Made by a program: the position numbers and the translations under genes
The notes under the pieces: model-generated
Told to the model about the DNA's origin: nothing
Databases searched by the model: none
Seen by the model: the letters and a program-made list of their open reading frames with translations, nothing else
Shown here: one piece after another, positions 1-12,939 of the stretch
Position numbering within the stretch: position 1 is the first letter of the stretch
Layout: each line of letters begins with the position of its first letter
Source of the DNA: Eledone cirrhosa
Taxonomy: Eukaryota
Length of the DNA stretch: 64,000 nucleotides
Reading direction: 5' to 3'
NCBI GenBank assembly: GCA_964016885.1
Contig: OZ024754.1
Coordinates: 37,076,001 to 37,140,000 of the forward strand

Positions 1-210
1 TTAGGGAGGCTGGTGTACAGTTTTAGGGAGGGTGGTGAACAGTTTTAGGGTGGTGTACAGTTTTAGCGAGGGTGGTGTTCAGTTTTAGGGCGGTGTACAG
101 TTTTAGTGAGGGTGGTGTTCAGTTTTAGGGTGGTGTACAGTTTTAGTGAGGGTGGTGTTCAGTTTTAGGGTGGTGTACAGTTTTAGTGAGGGTGGTGTTC
201 AGTTTTAGGG
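1..210. repeat. ~40-bp minisatellite containing TTTTAGGG, in a KIZ intron
   Basis: Unit ttttagggtggtgtacagttttagtgagggtggtgttcag, about 5 copies. Confidence 0.9.
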
Positions 211-297
211 TAGGTTGGCATCTGAGTGGACATGTGAGTGTGATTGTGTGTGTGTGACTATCTGAGTGCGTATGATTGTGTGTGTAGATAAACTTAC

Positions 298-457
298 ATA
301 GTTCCTCGGAGTTGATAGTTAGGAATGCCAGGTTCATTCTTAGTTTTAGCCTTTAGCTCTGAATTATTTATGTCCATCCCTTCACCTTCTTCACTACCAA
401 AATCACTGATGCCTGACTGGCCGTCACTCAAATCCCCATTGGCTTGTGATCTGCCAA
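298..457 (-). CDS. KIZ: KIZ exon 9 (GRSQANGDLSDGQSGISDFGSEEGEG...LRGT); gene continues beyond window start
   Basis: Acceptor ttttttacag, donor gtaagt; phase 1-2, open. Confidence 0.8.
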
Positions 458-1454
458 CTGTAAAAAATTACCTTTTAATTTACTGATTTCAATACATCTA
501 AACTATAATAAAGTAAGGAGTGCAGGACTGCGTATGGTTTATTTCTTTTAATCCAGTTAGTAAAATAAGTTGGATTACTTTGAATAAATAATGAATGAAT
601 ATTACATAATTTATCTACTAAATTTCGTAGCTGTTGATTAAGTATATTTTATTGCTTATTTAAAGATTCACTTCTTTAAAATTTTCACTTCCGGTTAGCG
701 ATCGCTTAAATAAACATTCATATATTTCCGTCACTAATTTTCTCCTAATGCAGTTAATATATAATATATATTTTTTTAATGTATCATGGATTACGTTACT
801 GATTACAGAAGAGAGTGTAGCACAGTCTCTCTTCAATTTCTGTGTATATTGTCAATTACAATTTTATTTGATGTATCATATCTACATGCATATATACTTG
901 CATATAGTATCAATATGCACACTATACATGCTAGCAGAAAACCACCCTAAGGATGGTTTTTCTGCTAGTTTTTACAAATTTATGATAAAAACTGTATAAA
1001 CATATTATTTACAGTAACAAAAAGGGTGGTGGATTGGCAGTATCGGTATACACTCTGTATATACTGAGTTCAAACCCTGCCTCTTTCTGCCAAGAGTTGT
1101 GACCAGCAGATAACATTCAACACTAGAAAAACAAAGCCAAAGTCTGATCTAACAATCAGTTCCTCTTCTTTCATTTTATTTTTGAGCAGTTAGTTTGGCA
1201 TGGCTTGTAGATAATCAAACTAAATCAATCTATGAATCGATATTTATTATTTTAAATGGAAGGGTGGTGGATTGGCAGTATCGGTAGAGGGTCAGACGCC
1301 ATGCTTTGCAGCATAGAGTTACGGCCCTTTACGGCCCTGTATGAGAAACCATTATTTACAGTAACAATAATTGTTTCTACTATTCTTGCCTCAATGATGA
1401 TGATGACTTATATTCGAATATATACAGTATATACGTGCAGGCATGGCTGTGTGG

Positions 1455-1662
1455 TTAACCCTTTAACATTTGCATTTCTTTATGTTTACTATAGTATTTT
1501 TGCAGTAATTATCTCACATAATATCGAATCTATGAGATTTTGACATTTATTTTGAGAACAATGCCTAAACGTCGGCATAAGTGACTGGTTATGGCTGGTT
1601 TGAACAGAGAGAGGTGAGAGAATTCTGGCCAGATACAGCCGATTTAAATACTAAAGGGTTAA
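1455..1662. mobile_element. piggyBac-type MITE nested in a SINE
   Basis: TTAA flanks, TIR ccctttaacattt/aaatactaaaggg; SINE sequence resumes after the second TTAA. Confidence 0.8.
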
Positions 1663-1970
1663 GGAGCTTGTCCCACCACAGTGCAGCTTGGGCAAGTGTC
1701 TTCTGTTATAGCCCTGGATTGACCAATACCTTGACAATGGAATTTGGTAGATGGAAACTGCAGAAGTGTGACATATGGCTGTGTGGTTAAGGATTTTGTT
1801 TCCTAACCTTGTGGGTGTAGGTTCAGTCCCACTGTGGAACACCTTGGTCAAGTGTCTTCTACTTTAGCCATGATTTGACCAGTGCCTTGTAGACAGAAAA
1901 TACTGAAGCCTATCTGTCATATGTGTGTGTGAGGACAATAATAAATAAATTAGCAAAACTATTTTCTTAC

Positions 1971-2295
1971 CAGTATCAAAACTATTGGAGATAGATTCAA
2001 CTGATTTGTAGGTGGCCGTTGTACCACGAACTAACTGTTCTGGGAGACTATTTATACCAAATTCTGTGTCTTCGGCAGTGACATCAGCCATGTGTCTATT
2101 CTCACTGATAGGTCCTACATTTCCAGACATATTTGACATTTCTGGATTGGATGCAGGCTGATTCTTCATAAATGTCTTGGGAGAACTTCCATAGAAGTTT
2201 CGTGATTCAAATTCTCCTGTCAACTCAAGTTTAGTGAGATCTGGCTTTAGACGACGCTTCTCTGAATTTTGGTCCTCTGAAGACTTTTCACCATT
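1971..2295 (-). CDS. KIZ: KIZ exon 8 (NGEKSSEDQNSEKRRLKPDL...SNSFDT-V)
   Basis: Acceptor ctaatcttag, donor gtaaga; 325 nt open, phase 0-1; overlaps ORF 1864..2223. Confidence 0.8.
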
Positions 2296-2638
2296 CTAAG
2301 ATTAGAACAGACATCATCAACACATATATCAATAAATGACAATAAAAAAAAGGGTAAAAGGTAAAGACCCCCTTCAGTCACGAATGACCATAGAGAATTT
2401 GCACCTAGAAAATACCCCGTCCGAGGCATAAGTCAGGGCAAGGTTGTTTGTGGAAGACCAGCAATCACCCAAGCATACTGGTCTCCCCTCAAACCCAGTA
2501 CTTTATTTTGTCAACACCTGGAAGGAAGGATGAAAGGCAAAACTAACCTCAGCGGGATTTGAACTCAGAACTCCTAAACACTAGGGTTGATTAATGAAAT
2601 AAAATATCAGGCAAGTACTCTGTCGTTTTAATCCTAAC

Positions 2639-2758
2639 CCTTTCATTATATGGCATGGTCCCAGAACTTCTGAGCACTGTATTAGTATACAGCGTTTCTA
2701 GGGTATTTTTAAACCTAGCTGAGCCCATCCCTTTTCCAGGTCTAAATATTGCAGATTT
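2639..2758 (-). CDS. KIZ: KIZ exon 7 (KSAIFRPGKGMGSARF...PYNER)
   Basis: 120 nt open, phase 0-0; weaker AAG acceptor after a (CT)n tract; donor gttagg. Confidence 0.65.
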
Positions 2759-2894
2759 CTTCCAGAGAAAGAAAGAGAGAGAGAGTGTGAGAGAATGGAA
2801 ATGGAAAAGAGATATAGAGGAAGAATCAACCCCAGTACTAGAGAGAGAGAGGGGAAGTGAGAAAGAGATATAGAAGGAGAATTGACTGCAGTAC

Positions 2895-2939
<45 letters not shown>

Positions 2940-3462
2940 TGAGAAAGAGATATAGAAGGAGAATTGACTGCAGTACTTGAGAGAGAGAGAGAAAGAGATA
3001 AAGGAGAATTGACCTCAGTACTAGACTGGCACTTTTTTTATTGACCTCGAATGAGTGAAACCCTTAAATTACCACATTTCTAATGAAAGATACTGCCTAT
3101 GAATTTTGAATAATTTCGAAAATAACCAAGAATTTAAAACGATTTAGTAATGTAACTAACTTTTTCATTATTATGATGTATTTTGTGACCTAAGTGTTTA
3201 ATCCTGCGATGAACTAGTGTCATGTCTAAGGGGAAGTCTTGTACTCTCAGTCACTTAATGCCATGGGAACAATAAGCACCAGCCTGATGAGATTCCTGGA
3301 TTGAGACAATTTGTAACATAACAAATATTTTTTCCATAAAATTATGATAGAAGATTTTTAGATAAATATAAACACTTTAAAACAAACAGGAATTATTACA
3401 GAAGACTAACACAATGGTTCCTTCTATAATCTTCACAATTAAATTTCTGTAGAGAAACTCAC

Positions 3463-3584
3463 CTCATTTTTATGAGCTGAAGCCTGTAAACCTGTAAAAC
3501 TTGGTTTCTGCAAGGCATTTGTTCTTTTGTTTGCTGGTGTTTGAAAAGACACAGATTTTGGCACATCAGGAGCTCTATGTGCAT
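3463..3584 (-). CDS. KIZ: KIZ exon 6 (AHRAPDVPKSVSFQTP...AHKNE)
   Basis: Acceptor tttttaatcag, donor gtgagt; phase 1-0. Confidence 0.8.
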
Positions 3585-3608
3585 CTGATTAAAAATAATA
3601 CAACAATT

Positions 3609-3639
<31 letters not shown>

Positions 3640-4177
3640 CCATCACTACTACCACCATCATCTTCATTATCATCGTTTTAATGTCCCCTTTCCCTGATAG
3701 GTCTACATAGACCATGTCAGTATTGGAACAGGGCCACTGACCTCCCAGACAGGCCAGGGAACCGCATCTCACTTAGGTATGATCTCATGTTCTACCAAGT
3801 ACACAGGAGAGGGTTGTCATGTCTTTGACATAACTGAAGCATCCTCCCAACCGCTTGTTTGACAAGCTTTCTACGACTGGATGCCCTTCCCAACCCTAAC
3901 CAGTAAGTTATTTAGTCCAATCCTGCACCATATCTGTCAACTTTCCACTCTTATAAAATATATTTATCTTTAATTCTTTTGTTGGCTTTGGTGCCTAATC
4001 ATCATTTCATTTCATTTTACGTCCGCTTTTTCCCTGCTTGCAAGGGTGGGACGGGAACTGATTCTGGCTTGATTTCTACAGCTGGATGCCCTTCCTGACA
4101 CCAACCTCATTTACAGTGAGTGCTGGGTGCTTTTTTTGCCGTGGCACCTCCACGACCACTTTGCAGTGGAATGATAT

Positions 4178-4340
4178 GGACCCCAGTCCCTATCATCTCA
4201 TTTCTACAGCTGAGTAAACTGGAGCAATGTGAAATAAAGTGTCTTGCTCAAGGAAACAACACATTACCCGGTCTGAGAATTGAACTCACAACCTTTCGAT
4301 TGCAAGGCCAATGCTCTAACCACTAAGCCATGTGCCTCCA
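4178..4340 (-). mobile_element. tRNA-derived CORE-like SINE (family B)
   Basis: A box TGGCTTAGTGG, B box GAGTTCAATTC, core ccttgagcaagacacttta; other copies ~15160-15265(-), 24319-24482(+), 47557-47885(+), 52210-52329(+). Confidence 0.8.
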
Positions 4341-4429
4341 TAAACTAGACATCATTATTATTAATGTACACCCCACTGCCACACACTCCCCTATCCTCTC
4401 TCTCCCGTTCTGTCTACTGTGTCGATGAC

Positions 4430-4663
4430 ACAACAGTCCACACTGTAAGGTGGCCATGTAGGAGACACGGTAAAAAGGCTCCCAGTCCACACTGTAAATG
4501 TGGTTGGTGTTAGGAAGGGCATCTAGCTGTAAAAAAAACCTGCCAGAGACACTTCTGTGCGAGCGAGACATGGTCTCCTGACCATTCCCGTATCAAATGG
4601 AACAAAACCGTCTAACCCATGCTAGCGTGGAAGATGGACGTTAAACGATGATGATGATGATGA
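4430..4663 (+). mobile_element. SINE-like element with RTE-type 3' end and (GAT)n tail (family C)
   Basis: aggaagggcatctagctgt core; ...cccatgctagc...ggacgttaaacgatgatgat tail; other copies ~4010-4170(-), 8705-8880(-), 10452-10725(-). Confidence 0.75.
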
Positions 4664-4764
4664 TCTTCCTCAACACATGACCCAAACAACTCATTCCAGA
4701 TATAAAACAAAGAAACAAAGAGAAACATGGAGTGGAAACAATAAATGGTGACATAATATCTCAC

Positions 4765-4996
4765 CTTTTGACCCTCTTTGCATAATTGGTGCTCTTTCTG
4801 TTTGTCTGCTATTTTCTTCTTGTTTTCTTTGGTAACACATTTCGTCATGATCAGTATTGACACTTTCACCTGAATATGATACTGTCCCATCAGAGTGTTT
4901 TGGCATTTGTGGATACCTGGGGGACATTTCTACATTCGATTGTGTGAAGTTGGATCGTTTTTCTTTGTAAGTTTGCCTGCTTGTATCTGGTAAAAC
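4765..4996 (-). CDS. KIZ: KIZ exon 5 (VLPDTSRQTY...MQRGSK-D)
   Basis: Acceptor ctcttctag, donor gtgaga; 232 nt open, phase 0-1. Confidence 0.8.
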
Positions 4997-5050
4997 CTAG
5001 AAGAGATGGATTAAATTAACCCATTCATTACTATATTTTAATGAAAGACA

Positions 5051-5274
5051 CTTTAGCATTTACATTACTCTATACATACTATTGTATTTTTCTAGTAAAG
5101 GCTTTATCTTACATAATTATCTCACATAATATCAAATCTATGAGATTTTTGATGTTATTTATTTTGAGAACAATGCCTTAACATCAGTATAAGTGGCCAG
5201 TTACAGCTGGTTTGAACAGAAAGAAGTGAGAGAATTCTGGCCGGATACAGCCAGATTAAATGCTAAAGACTTAA
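5051..5274. mobile_element. piggyBac-type MITE, same family, decayed ends
   Basis: Same internal sequence as 1455-1662. Confidence 0.75.
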
Positions 5275-5443
5275 TGGAAGATACTGCCGGTGATTTTCAA
5301 ATAATTATTCTTCCTCAACACATGACCTAAACAACTCATTCCATTCATCACTGGCTCTAATTCTCTCACCCAGTCACTTTCATCTTTCCTCCACACATGA
5401 CTCAACCTCACCACTGCTACAACATTTACACAAAAAATCTTAC

Positions 5444-5686
5444 CCGAGAAGAATTTTCTATTGTTTTATCTTGCATTCTCTTTTTATGATATTCACTGTA
5501 TTCCCTTATGAGACGGTCTCTGCTATATTTCTGTTTGTTTGAATGTGTAGACCCTTCAGCCATTGTTTTAGTCTGGCTAACATCATAGTTTATACCATGA
5601 CGTGCAATCATCACTTCCTTCTCTAAATCATAGGCATATTCTTTCCAGTTAGGAAAGTCATTTGCAATAGTTTTCCTGCAGTCAAT
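5444..5686 (-). CDS. KIZ: KIZ exon 4 (IDCRKTIANDFPNWKEY...ENSSR)
   Basis: Acceptor ttttcctttgtag, donor gtaaga; 243 nt open, phase 0-0. Confidence 0.85.
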
Positions 5687-5738
5687 CTACAAAGGAAAAC
5701 ATTAGAGTTAGATCTTAATTATTTGATGTCATCGTCAT

Positions 5739-5961
5739 TTAACCCTTTAGCATTTTCATTACTCTACATATACTATTGTATTTTTGTGGTAAAGGCTTTA
5801 TCTTACACAACTATCTCATAATATCGAATCTATGAGATTTTTATGTTATTTCGCGAACAATACCTTAGCATCAGTATGAGCAGCTGGTTATGGCTGGTTT
5901 GAACATAAAATGGTAAGAGAATTCTGGCCAGATACGGCCGGTTTGAATGCTAAAGGGTTAA
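5739..5961. mobile_element. piggyBac-type MITE
   Basis: TTAA-CCCTTTAGCATT...AATGCTAAAGGG-TTAA. Confidence 0.85.
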
Positions 5962-6366
5962 ACAGGTCATGTCCGACTAGAATTTTCTCACCTCTTTCTG
6001 TACAAACTGGCTGTAAACGGCTGCTCATGGAATTTAAACATTTGTTTTTTTTAAATTATAGAAAATTCTAGTTCTTTTATCTAAAATGGATGTTGTCATG
6101 TCTCTGACACAACTGGAGGGTCCTCCCAACCCTTTGTTTGGCAAGTTTTCTATGGCTGCATGCCCTTCTTATCACTAACCGCTTTAGAGCATGTACTGGA
6201 GGTGTTTATCATTAGGATCAGAAGTTCTCAAAATGGGCGCTACTGTCCAGGGGACACTGGGGCTTAAGGGGGTGGTTGAGATGATATAATAGTATATTAA
6301 ATATCAAATGATACATCTATATATATAAAGTTGTAGTTCCTGTCTGTAGTGCCTACTGACTGTAAG

Positions 6367-6575
6367 TTAACTTTGCACGTAGGGAAGGTGAGTCTTCTGT
6401 AATACTGCATGCTGCCAAAGATCTCGATCCAGTGACATTGTCTTAGAGAGGTGCAAGTGTGCAAGGTCAGACTTTATCTTGTTATCCCAGGTTTTTCTGT
6501 AACTTCCCTCAATTTTGATTGCTCTGCACTTTTTTATACAGCTGTCGTCTACATGCGCATCACATGACCGTACCA
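6367..6575 (-). mobile_element. RTE-clade LINE, 3' ORF fragment
   Basis: Translation KKCRAIKIEG..RKTWDNKIKSDL..L...M..DRDLWQHAV resembles the RTE ORF C-terminus. Confidence 0.7.
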
Positions 6576-6639
6576 ACGTAATCTTCTCTTGAGTAAACAT
6601 GATTGAATATGATTATCAAATATTATTTAATATGATTCA

Positions 6640-7024
6640 GGGCGGTGGATTGGCAGTATCAGTAGAAGGTCGGACGCCATGCTTTGACGCATAGAGTTAC
6701 GGCCCTTGCTATTCTGAGTTCAAATCCCGCCGAGGTTAACTTTGCCTTTCATCCTTACGGGGTCGATAACATAAAGTACCAGTAATACACTGGGTAATTG
6801 CTGGCCTTGTGCCTAACGTAGAAACAATTATTTAATAGGTGGATTGGCAGTATCGGTAGAGGGTCGGACGCCATGCTTTCCAGCATAGTTACGTCCCTTT
6901 ACAATCTGAGTTCAAATCCCGCCGAGGTTGACTTTGCCTTTCATCCTTACGGGGTCGATAAAATAAAGTACCAGTAATGCACTGGGTGATTGCTGGCCTT
7001 GTGCCAAAAGTAGAAACAATTATT
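6640..7024 (+). mobile_element. Two tandem copies of tRNA-derived SINE family A (~190 bp each)
   Basis: Head gggcggtggattggcagtatcggtaga, B box gagttcaaatccc, Meta-like core gcctttcatccttacggggtcgataaaataaagtaccag, tail agaaacaattatt. Confidence 0.9.
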
Positions 7025-7372
7025 TAATATGATTCACCATTCTTGTCATCATCTTTTAGCATCAGTTTCGTCTGCTAGCAAGGATTGGACATGTCATCAC
7101 AGATAAAGCCAGTCTTAAGTGGAGGAGTTACTGATCTCCAAATGGGCCGGGAGCCTCACATAAGATCCTATCACCAGGCGCTGACACTAGAAAGGTTGTT
7201 GGTCATTGACTCAACTGAAGAAGATCCCTCTCTATCATACAGGCAGAAGTGGAGTGTATGTCATGGGTTGGTGCCAAGGGTGGAGAGATTTAATAGGGTG
7301 AAAGGTGGTGAGTCAAAGGGGACACCTCAAACAGTGAGGGAAAGTAGGACTATGACTGGTGTTATGAAGTAT

Positions 7373-7405
<33 letters not shown>

Positions 7406-7559
7406 GCGCTCTAGAATAGATGTTGCATGGTGACCCTGGGTAGAGTAGGAAATACTAATCAATGGGCTTAATATGCAGTATTCCAGAACAAGAACAAAAC
7501 AACCAGTGTGTACACACTAAAGCAAGCAAACAGCCATTGCAACCACAACAGCTACCAAC

Positions 7560-8293
7560 CACTACCGTCCTCACAGCAACCAACTACTATCAACCACCAC
7601 CATCACCATTCCAACCAACACTATTACAAACACCACCACCACCACCATTCCAACTAACCAACCAACCAACCAACACTATTACAACCACCACCACCACCAC
7701 CACCATTCTAACTAACCAACCAACCAACACTATTACAACCACCACCACCACCACCATTCCAACTAACCAACCAACCAACCGACACTATTACAACCACCAC
7801 CACCACCACCACCACCATTCTAACTAACCAACTAACCAACCAACACTATTACAACCACCACCACCACCACCACCACCATTCTAACTAACCAACCAACCAA
7901 CACTATTACAACCACCACCACCACCACCACCACCACCATTCTAACCAACCAACCAACCGACACTATTACAACCACCACCACCACCACCACCATTCTAACT
8001 AACCAACTAACCAACCAACACTATTACAACCACCACCACCACCACCACCACCATTCCAATCAACCAAGCAACGCCATTACAACGACCACCACCACCACCA
8101 TCACCAATACAACTGCCACTGCCACCCCACCCACCCACAACCACTACTACCACTGCTACTGCCACCAGCATCATCACCACCACAACCACTACCACCACCG
8201 CCACCACCACCACTGCTACCACCACCGCCACCACCACCACCACCACCACCACCACCACTGCTACCACCACCGCCACCACCGCCACCACCACCG
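7560..8293. repeat. (ACC)n/(AACC)n compound minisatellite
   Basis: Repeated acactattacaacc(acc)n attctaactaaccaacc units. Confidence 0.9.
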
Positions 8294-8302
8294 CTACTTT
8301 AC

Positions 8303-8465
8303 CTTTAACTGTTTCAGTTTATGAGAACAAGACAGTAGATTCTCCATTGTAACCTCCATGTTGTTCAGACGTCTTAGAATTTTGCAATTTCGCTTCTTAG
8401 AGCTTCTTTCTTCCTCACAGAGGGTCTTTAGCTTTGACTTGATTATCTTCACTTTATTTCTTGCG
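8303..8465 (-). CDS. KIZ: KIZ exon 3 (ARNKVKIIKSKLKTLCEEERSSKKRNCKILRRLNNMEVTMENLLSCSHKLKQLK), coiled coil
   Basis: Acceptor atatag, donor gtaaag; phase 2-0; resembles Kizuna LKEICESEKKAHTRNQEYLKRF...EKLQKLK. Confidence 0.85.
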
Positions 8466-8871
8466 CTATATGTATAAAATAACAAATATTTGGAAAAATT
8501 GAGGGCTTTTTTTTTTTTTTTTTTTAATATATTTTATTTTTTGCTCTACAAAATATCAAATGAATTGATTGAAAATCTTTAATGTATTGATCTCGATAGG
8601 AATGGAAGTTAATGTCAACCTTGGCAAGATTTGAACTCTGAACACAGACAGCCAGAACAAATACAAGATATTCGAAACTGACATTTTACCAACTCACTAC
8701 CTATGATTCATCATCATCATCATCATTGTTTTATGTCCATTTGCCACGCTAGTATGGGTTAGACAAGTTGTCCTGTTGTGGGCAATGCTACGTCAGGTGA
8801 CCATGTCTTGCTCATACAGAACTGATTTTGGCTTTGTTTCTACAGCTGGATGCCCTTCCTAACGCCAACCT

Positions 8872-9740
8872 CATTTACAGTGAGTACTGGGTGCTTTTTG
8901 TTGTGACACCTACACTACCACTTTACAGTGAGTACTGGGTGCTTTTTGACATGACACCTACACGACCACTTTACAGTGAGTACTGGGTGCTTTTTGTTGT
9001 GACACCTACACGACCACTTTACAGTGAGTACTGGGTGCTTTTTGACACGACACCTACACTACCACTTTACAGTGTGAACTGGGTGCTTTTTGACATGACA
9101 CCTACACTACCACTTTACAGTGTGAACTGGGTGCTTTTTGACATGACACCTACACTACCACTTTACAGTGTGAACTGGGTGCTTTTTGTTGTGACACCTA
9201 CACGACCACTTTACAGTGAGTACTGGGTGCTTTTTGTTGTGACACCTACACTACCACTTTACAGTGAACTGGGTGCTTTTTGACATGACACCTACACTAC
9301 CACTTTACAGTGAGTACTGGGTGCTTTTTGACATGACACCTACACGACCACTTTACAGTGAGTACTGGGTGCTTTTTGATGTGACACCTACACGACCACT
9401 TTACAGTGAGTACTGGGTGCTTTTTGATGTGACACCTACACTACCACTTTACAGTGAACTGGGTGCTTTTTGATATGACGCCTACACTACCACTTTACAG
9501 TGAGTACTGGGTGCTTTTTGATGTGACACCTACACTACCACTTTACAGTGTGAACTGGGTGCTTTTTGATATGACACCTACACTACCACTTTACAGTGTG
9601 AACTGGGTGCTTTTTGATATGACACCTACACGACCACTTTACAGTGAACTGGGTGCTTTTTGATATGACACCTACACTACCACTTTACAGTGTGAACTGG
9701 GTGCTTTTTGACATGACACCTACACGACCACTTTACAGTG
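8872..9740. repeat. 48-bp minisatellite (~18 copies) grown from SINE family C
   Basis: Unit ctttacagtgagtactgggtgctttttgttgtgacacctacactacca, continuous with the SINE at 8705-8880. Confidence 0.95.
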
Positions 9741-9864
9741 GGAGGGTGGCGGGCATACTGTATATATGCTGCAGCTTCAGCCTGTGTCCATGGGAAGTCG
9801 GGTCTTCTCTATTACTATGTAATGCTTGAATATAGAAAACAAACACAAGAACAACAATACTTAC

Positions 9865-9927
9865 TGTTTTAACATAGGTGCATCCAATTCACAAAATTTC
9901 ATTTCCAAATTAATCCTCTCTCTTTCA
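9865..9927 (-). CDS. KIZ: KIZ exon 2 (S-ERERINLEMKFCELDAPMLK-H)
   Basis: Acceptor tttcctatttcag, donor gtaagt; 63 nt, phase 2-2; resembles Kizuna SEKKRLDLEKKLYE. Confidence 0.85.
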
Positions 9928-9949
9928 CTGAAATAGGAAAATAAAATAA

Positions 9950-10369
9950 TAATTGTTTCTACGTTAGGCACAAGGCCAGCAATTACCCAGTGTATTACTG
10001 GTACTTTATTTTATCGACCCCGTAAGGATGAAAGGCAAAGTTAACCTCGGCGGGATTTGAACTCAGAATGGCAAGGGCCGTAACTCTATGCGTCAAAGCA
10101 TGGCGTCCGACCTTCTACCGATACTGCCAATCCACTGCCTTAATAGAAAAATAAAATAATAATGATTTCGTTGCAGATCAATAATTGTTTCTACTTTAGG
10201 CACAAGGCCAGCAATTACCACAGTGCATTACTGGTACTTTATTTTATCGACCCCGTAAGGATGAAAGGCAAAGTCAACCTCGGCGGGATTTGAACTCAGA
10301 TCGTAAAGGGACGTAACTCTATGCTGGAAAGCATGGTGTCCGACCCTCTACCGATACTGCCAATCCACC
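9950..10369 (-). mobile_element. Two SINE family A copies immediately 5' of KIZ exon 2
   Basis: Reverse complement of the family A consensus at ~9950-10140 and ~10181-10369. Confidence 0.9.
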
Positions 10370-10865
10370 AGATCAATAATGCGGACGGTTCACTATTTTT
10401 CAGATTTCAGTAAGAATCGAAATTTGATTTAAGCTGCTTGTCCTTTTTTCAATCATCATCATCATCATCATTATCATCCATCTTCCACGCTAGCATGGGT
10501 TGGACAGTTTTGTCCCACTCGAGGAGAGATTGGTTGAGAGAGACCATGTGTCACTTGTATAGAACTGATTCTGGCAGGTTTTCTACGGCTGGATGCCCTT
10601 CCTAACACCAAACCACATTTACAGTGTGGACTGGGAACCTTTTTACCGTGTCTCCTACACAACCACTTTACAGTGCGGACTGGGTGCTTTTTGTCGTATC
10701 ACCTACACGACCACTTTACAGTGGACGGAAGTGGGAGGATGGAGTAGGGTGAGTGGGGTGGGGTGTATATTGGGTTAAGAGGTGCGTATTGACTGTAGGT
10801 TTAAGTTTGTATGCAAGGTAAGGCAGGTCTTCTTTATAACTGCATAGCACCAATTTACATGTGTA

Positions 10866-11526
10866 ACTGTAAAGTGGTAGTGCTGGTGCCACAATTAAAC
10901 ACACGCAGTACACACTGTAAAGTTGTGGTGCTGGTGCCACAATTAAACACACGCAGTACACACTGTAAAGTTGTGGTGCTGGTGCCACAATTAAACACAC
11001 GCAGTACACACTGTAAAGTTGTGGTGCTGGTGCCACAATTAAACACACGCAGTACACACTGTAAAGTTGTGGTGCTGGTGCCACAATTAAACACACGCAG
11101 TACACACTGTAAAGTTGTGGTGCTGGTGCCACAATTAAACACACGCAGTACACACTGTAAAGTTGTGGTGCTGGTGCCACAATTAAACACACGCAGTACA
11201 CACTGTAAAGTTGTGGTGCTGGTGCCACAATTAAACACACGCAGTACACACTGTAAAGTTGTGGTGCTGGTGCCACAATTAAACACACGCTGTACACACT
11301 GTAAAGTTGTGGTGCTGGTGCCACAATTAAACACACGCAGTACACACTGTAAAGTTGTGGTGCTGGTGCCACAATTAAACACACGCAGTACACACTGTAA
11401 AGTTGTGGTGCTGGTGCCACAATTAAACACACGCTGTACACACTGTAAAGTTGTGGTGCTGGTGCCACAATTAAACACACGCAGTACACACTGTAAAGTT
11501 GTGGTGCTGGTGCCACAATTAAACAC
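10866..11526. repeat. 48-bp minisatellite (~14 near-identical copies)
   Basis: Unit ctgtaaagttgtggtgctggtgccacaattaaacacacgcagtacaca. Confidence 0.95.
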
Positions 11527-11715
11527 TCTTGTGCAGGGCAATATAGAATAGGAAAGAAGAGGAGGAGACGACGACGATGAAGGAGAAGGAAGAGAAGGGC
11601 CACATTATTCATCAGGCTAACTAGAATGAAGCCTAGAGACTCAGTAATAGGTTAATACGACCCAGGATGTCAACTGTAGTCGTAAGTGCTCGAAGGGCTC
11701 TAAATACTTGGAAGC

Positions 11716-11929
11716 TTAACCCTTTAGCATTTACATTATTCTATATATGCTATTGAATTTTCACTGTAAAGGCTTACCCTAACATATCTCACATAATATC
11801 AAATCTATGAGATTTTGATACTATTTATTTTGAGAACAATGCCTTAACATCAGTATGAGTGGCTGGTTATGGCCAGTTTGAACAGAAAATTCTGGCCGGA
11901 TATGGCCGGTTTATAGGCTAAAGGGTTAA
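11716..11929. mobile_element. piggyBac-type MITE (other partial copies at ~26524-26720 and ~47971-48046)
   Basis: TTAA flanks and CCCTTTAG TIRs; same family body. Confidence 0.85.
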
Positions 11930-12939
11930 GGCATATAAATCAATACAGCCAATATGACCATGGAAGTGTGAGAAGCTCATAAGGAGAAAGAAGATTACGG
12001 AATACAAATAATTTAAAGACAAACACAAATTTTAATGGACGATTTGGGACAATAATTCTCTCTATTTTGCTTCTCATCTACAGACCATCGATACCGAGAA
12101 TTCATCTACGTGGCAGCTCGCCTTGTTAGAAACAGTATCTTAATCTCTATTCAAATAACAATCTACCGTTAAAAAAATACCGAGGAAAACATTAGATAAT
12201 GTAGACTTAGAAATATGGTGTCCCGTTTGAAATGATGTGTTTGTAGTAAGTTAATAAGAAAAAAAGTATTTTTAGAAAGCATAACATATTATAAACCTGC
12301 AGAAATATGAAATGGATAAAAATTGTTAGTGTAGATAATAAAAAATTATATATCAGCCACAAGGGTTTGCATAGAGAATACAGTAAACATGATAAAGATA
12401 TATATATTACATATGACGCTGGACAAAGTTATACAAGACGCAGGTAGGGGTGAGGAAATTTTAACGATTTATGTAAGAACCCCTGACTGCCGATGGAGTC
12501 GTAGAGACGCCATAGTGACATACACCATGTCTTGAATATTTTAAACATAAGCGGAGGCCCACCTATCTACAGGTGTGAACACATACGATTTATTCGAGCG
12601 CGAGAGAGAGAGAAGGGGGGGGGGGCGGCTATTAGAGAGTAAGCGAGAAAGAAATATAAAGGAAGAATCGACCCCCACTCAATACTGGATTGAGGCTTCG
12701 AAAGGATGGAAGACAAAGTTGACTTCAGCGGGATTTGAACTCAGAATGAAGAATAAAATAATTGTTTCTACTTTAGGCACATCAAATAATACTTATAAAA
12801 AATAGTAAATGACGTGAATTTTCCTTTAAGAAAGAAACATTCGATGTGCTATTTATTATTTCACTTTAACTGTTGAAGCTAAGGGTTTAAAACTTAAGGA
12901 ATACGTATTCCACAAATATAAGGTCTTTTTAATATCTAC

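Noticed and set aside
1-210. Telomere or subtelomere
   Set aside because: TTAGGG occurs only inside a 40-bp unit within a KIZ intron, not as a pure telomeric array.
931-968. Small hairpin ctagcagaaaacca...tggtttttctgctag
   Set aside because: Single short intronic inverted repeat, probably a decayed MITE; nothing supports function.
3278-3320. CTGATGA as a hammerhead
   Set aside because: GAGA instead of GAAA and no stem I; lies in a decayed SINE-like tail.
8872-11526. CRISPR-like regular arrays
   Set aside because: Pure tandem 48-bp units with no unique spacers, no cas genes, and a eukaryotic intron context.
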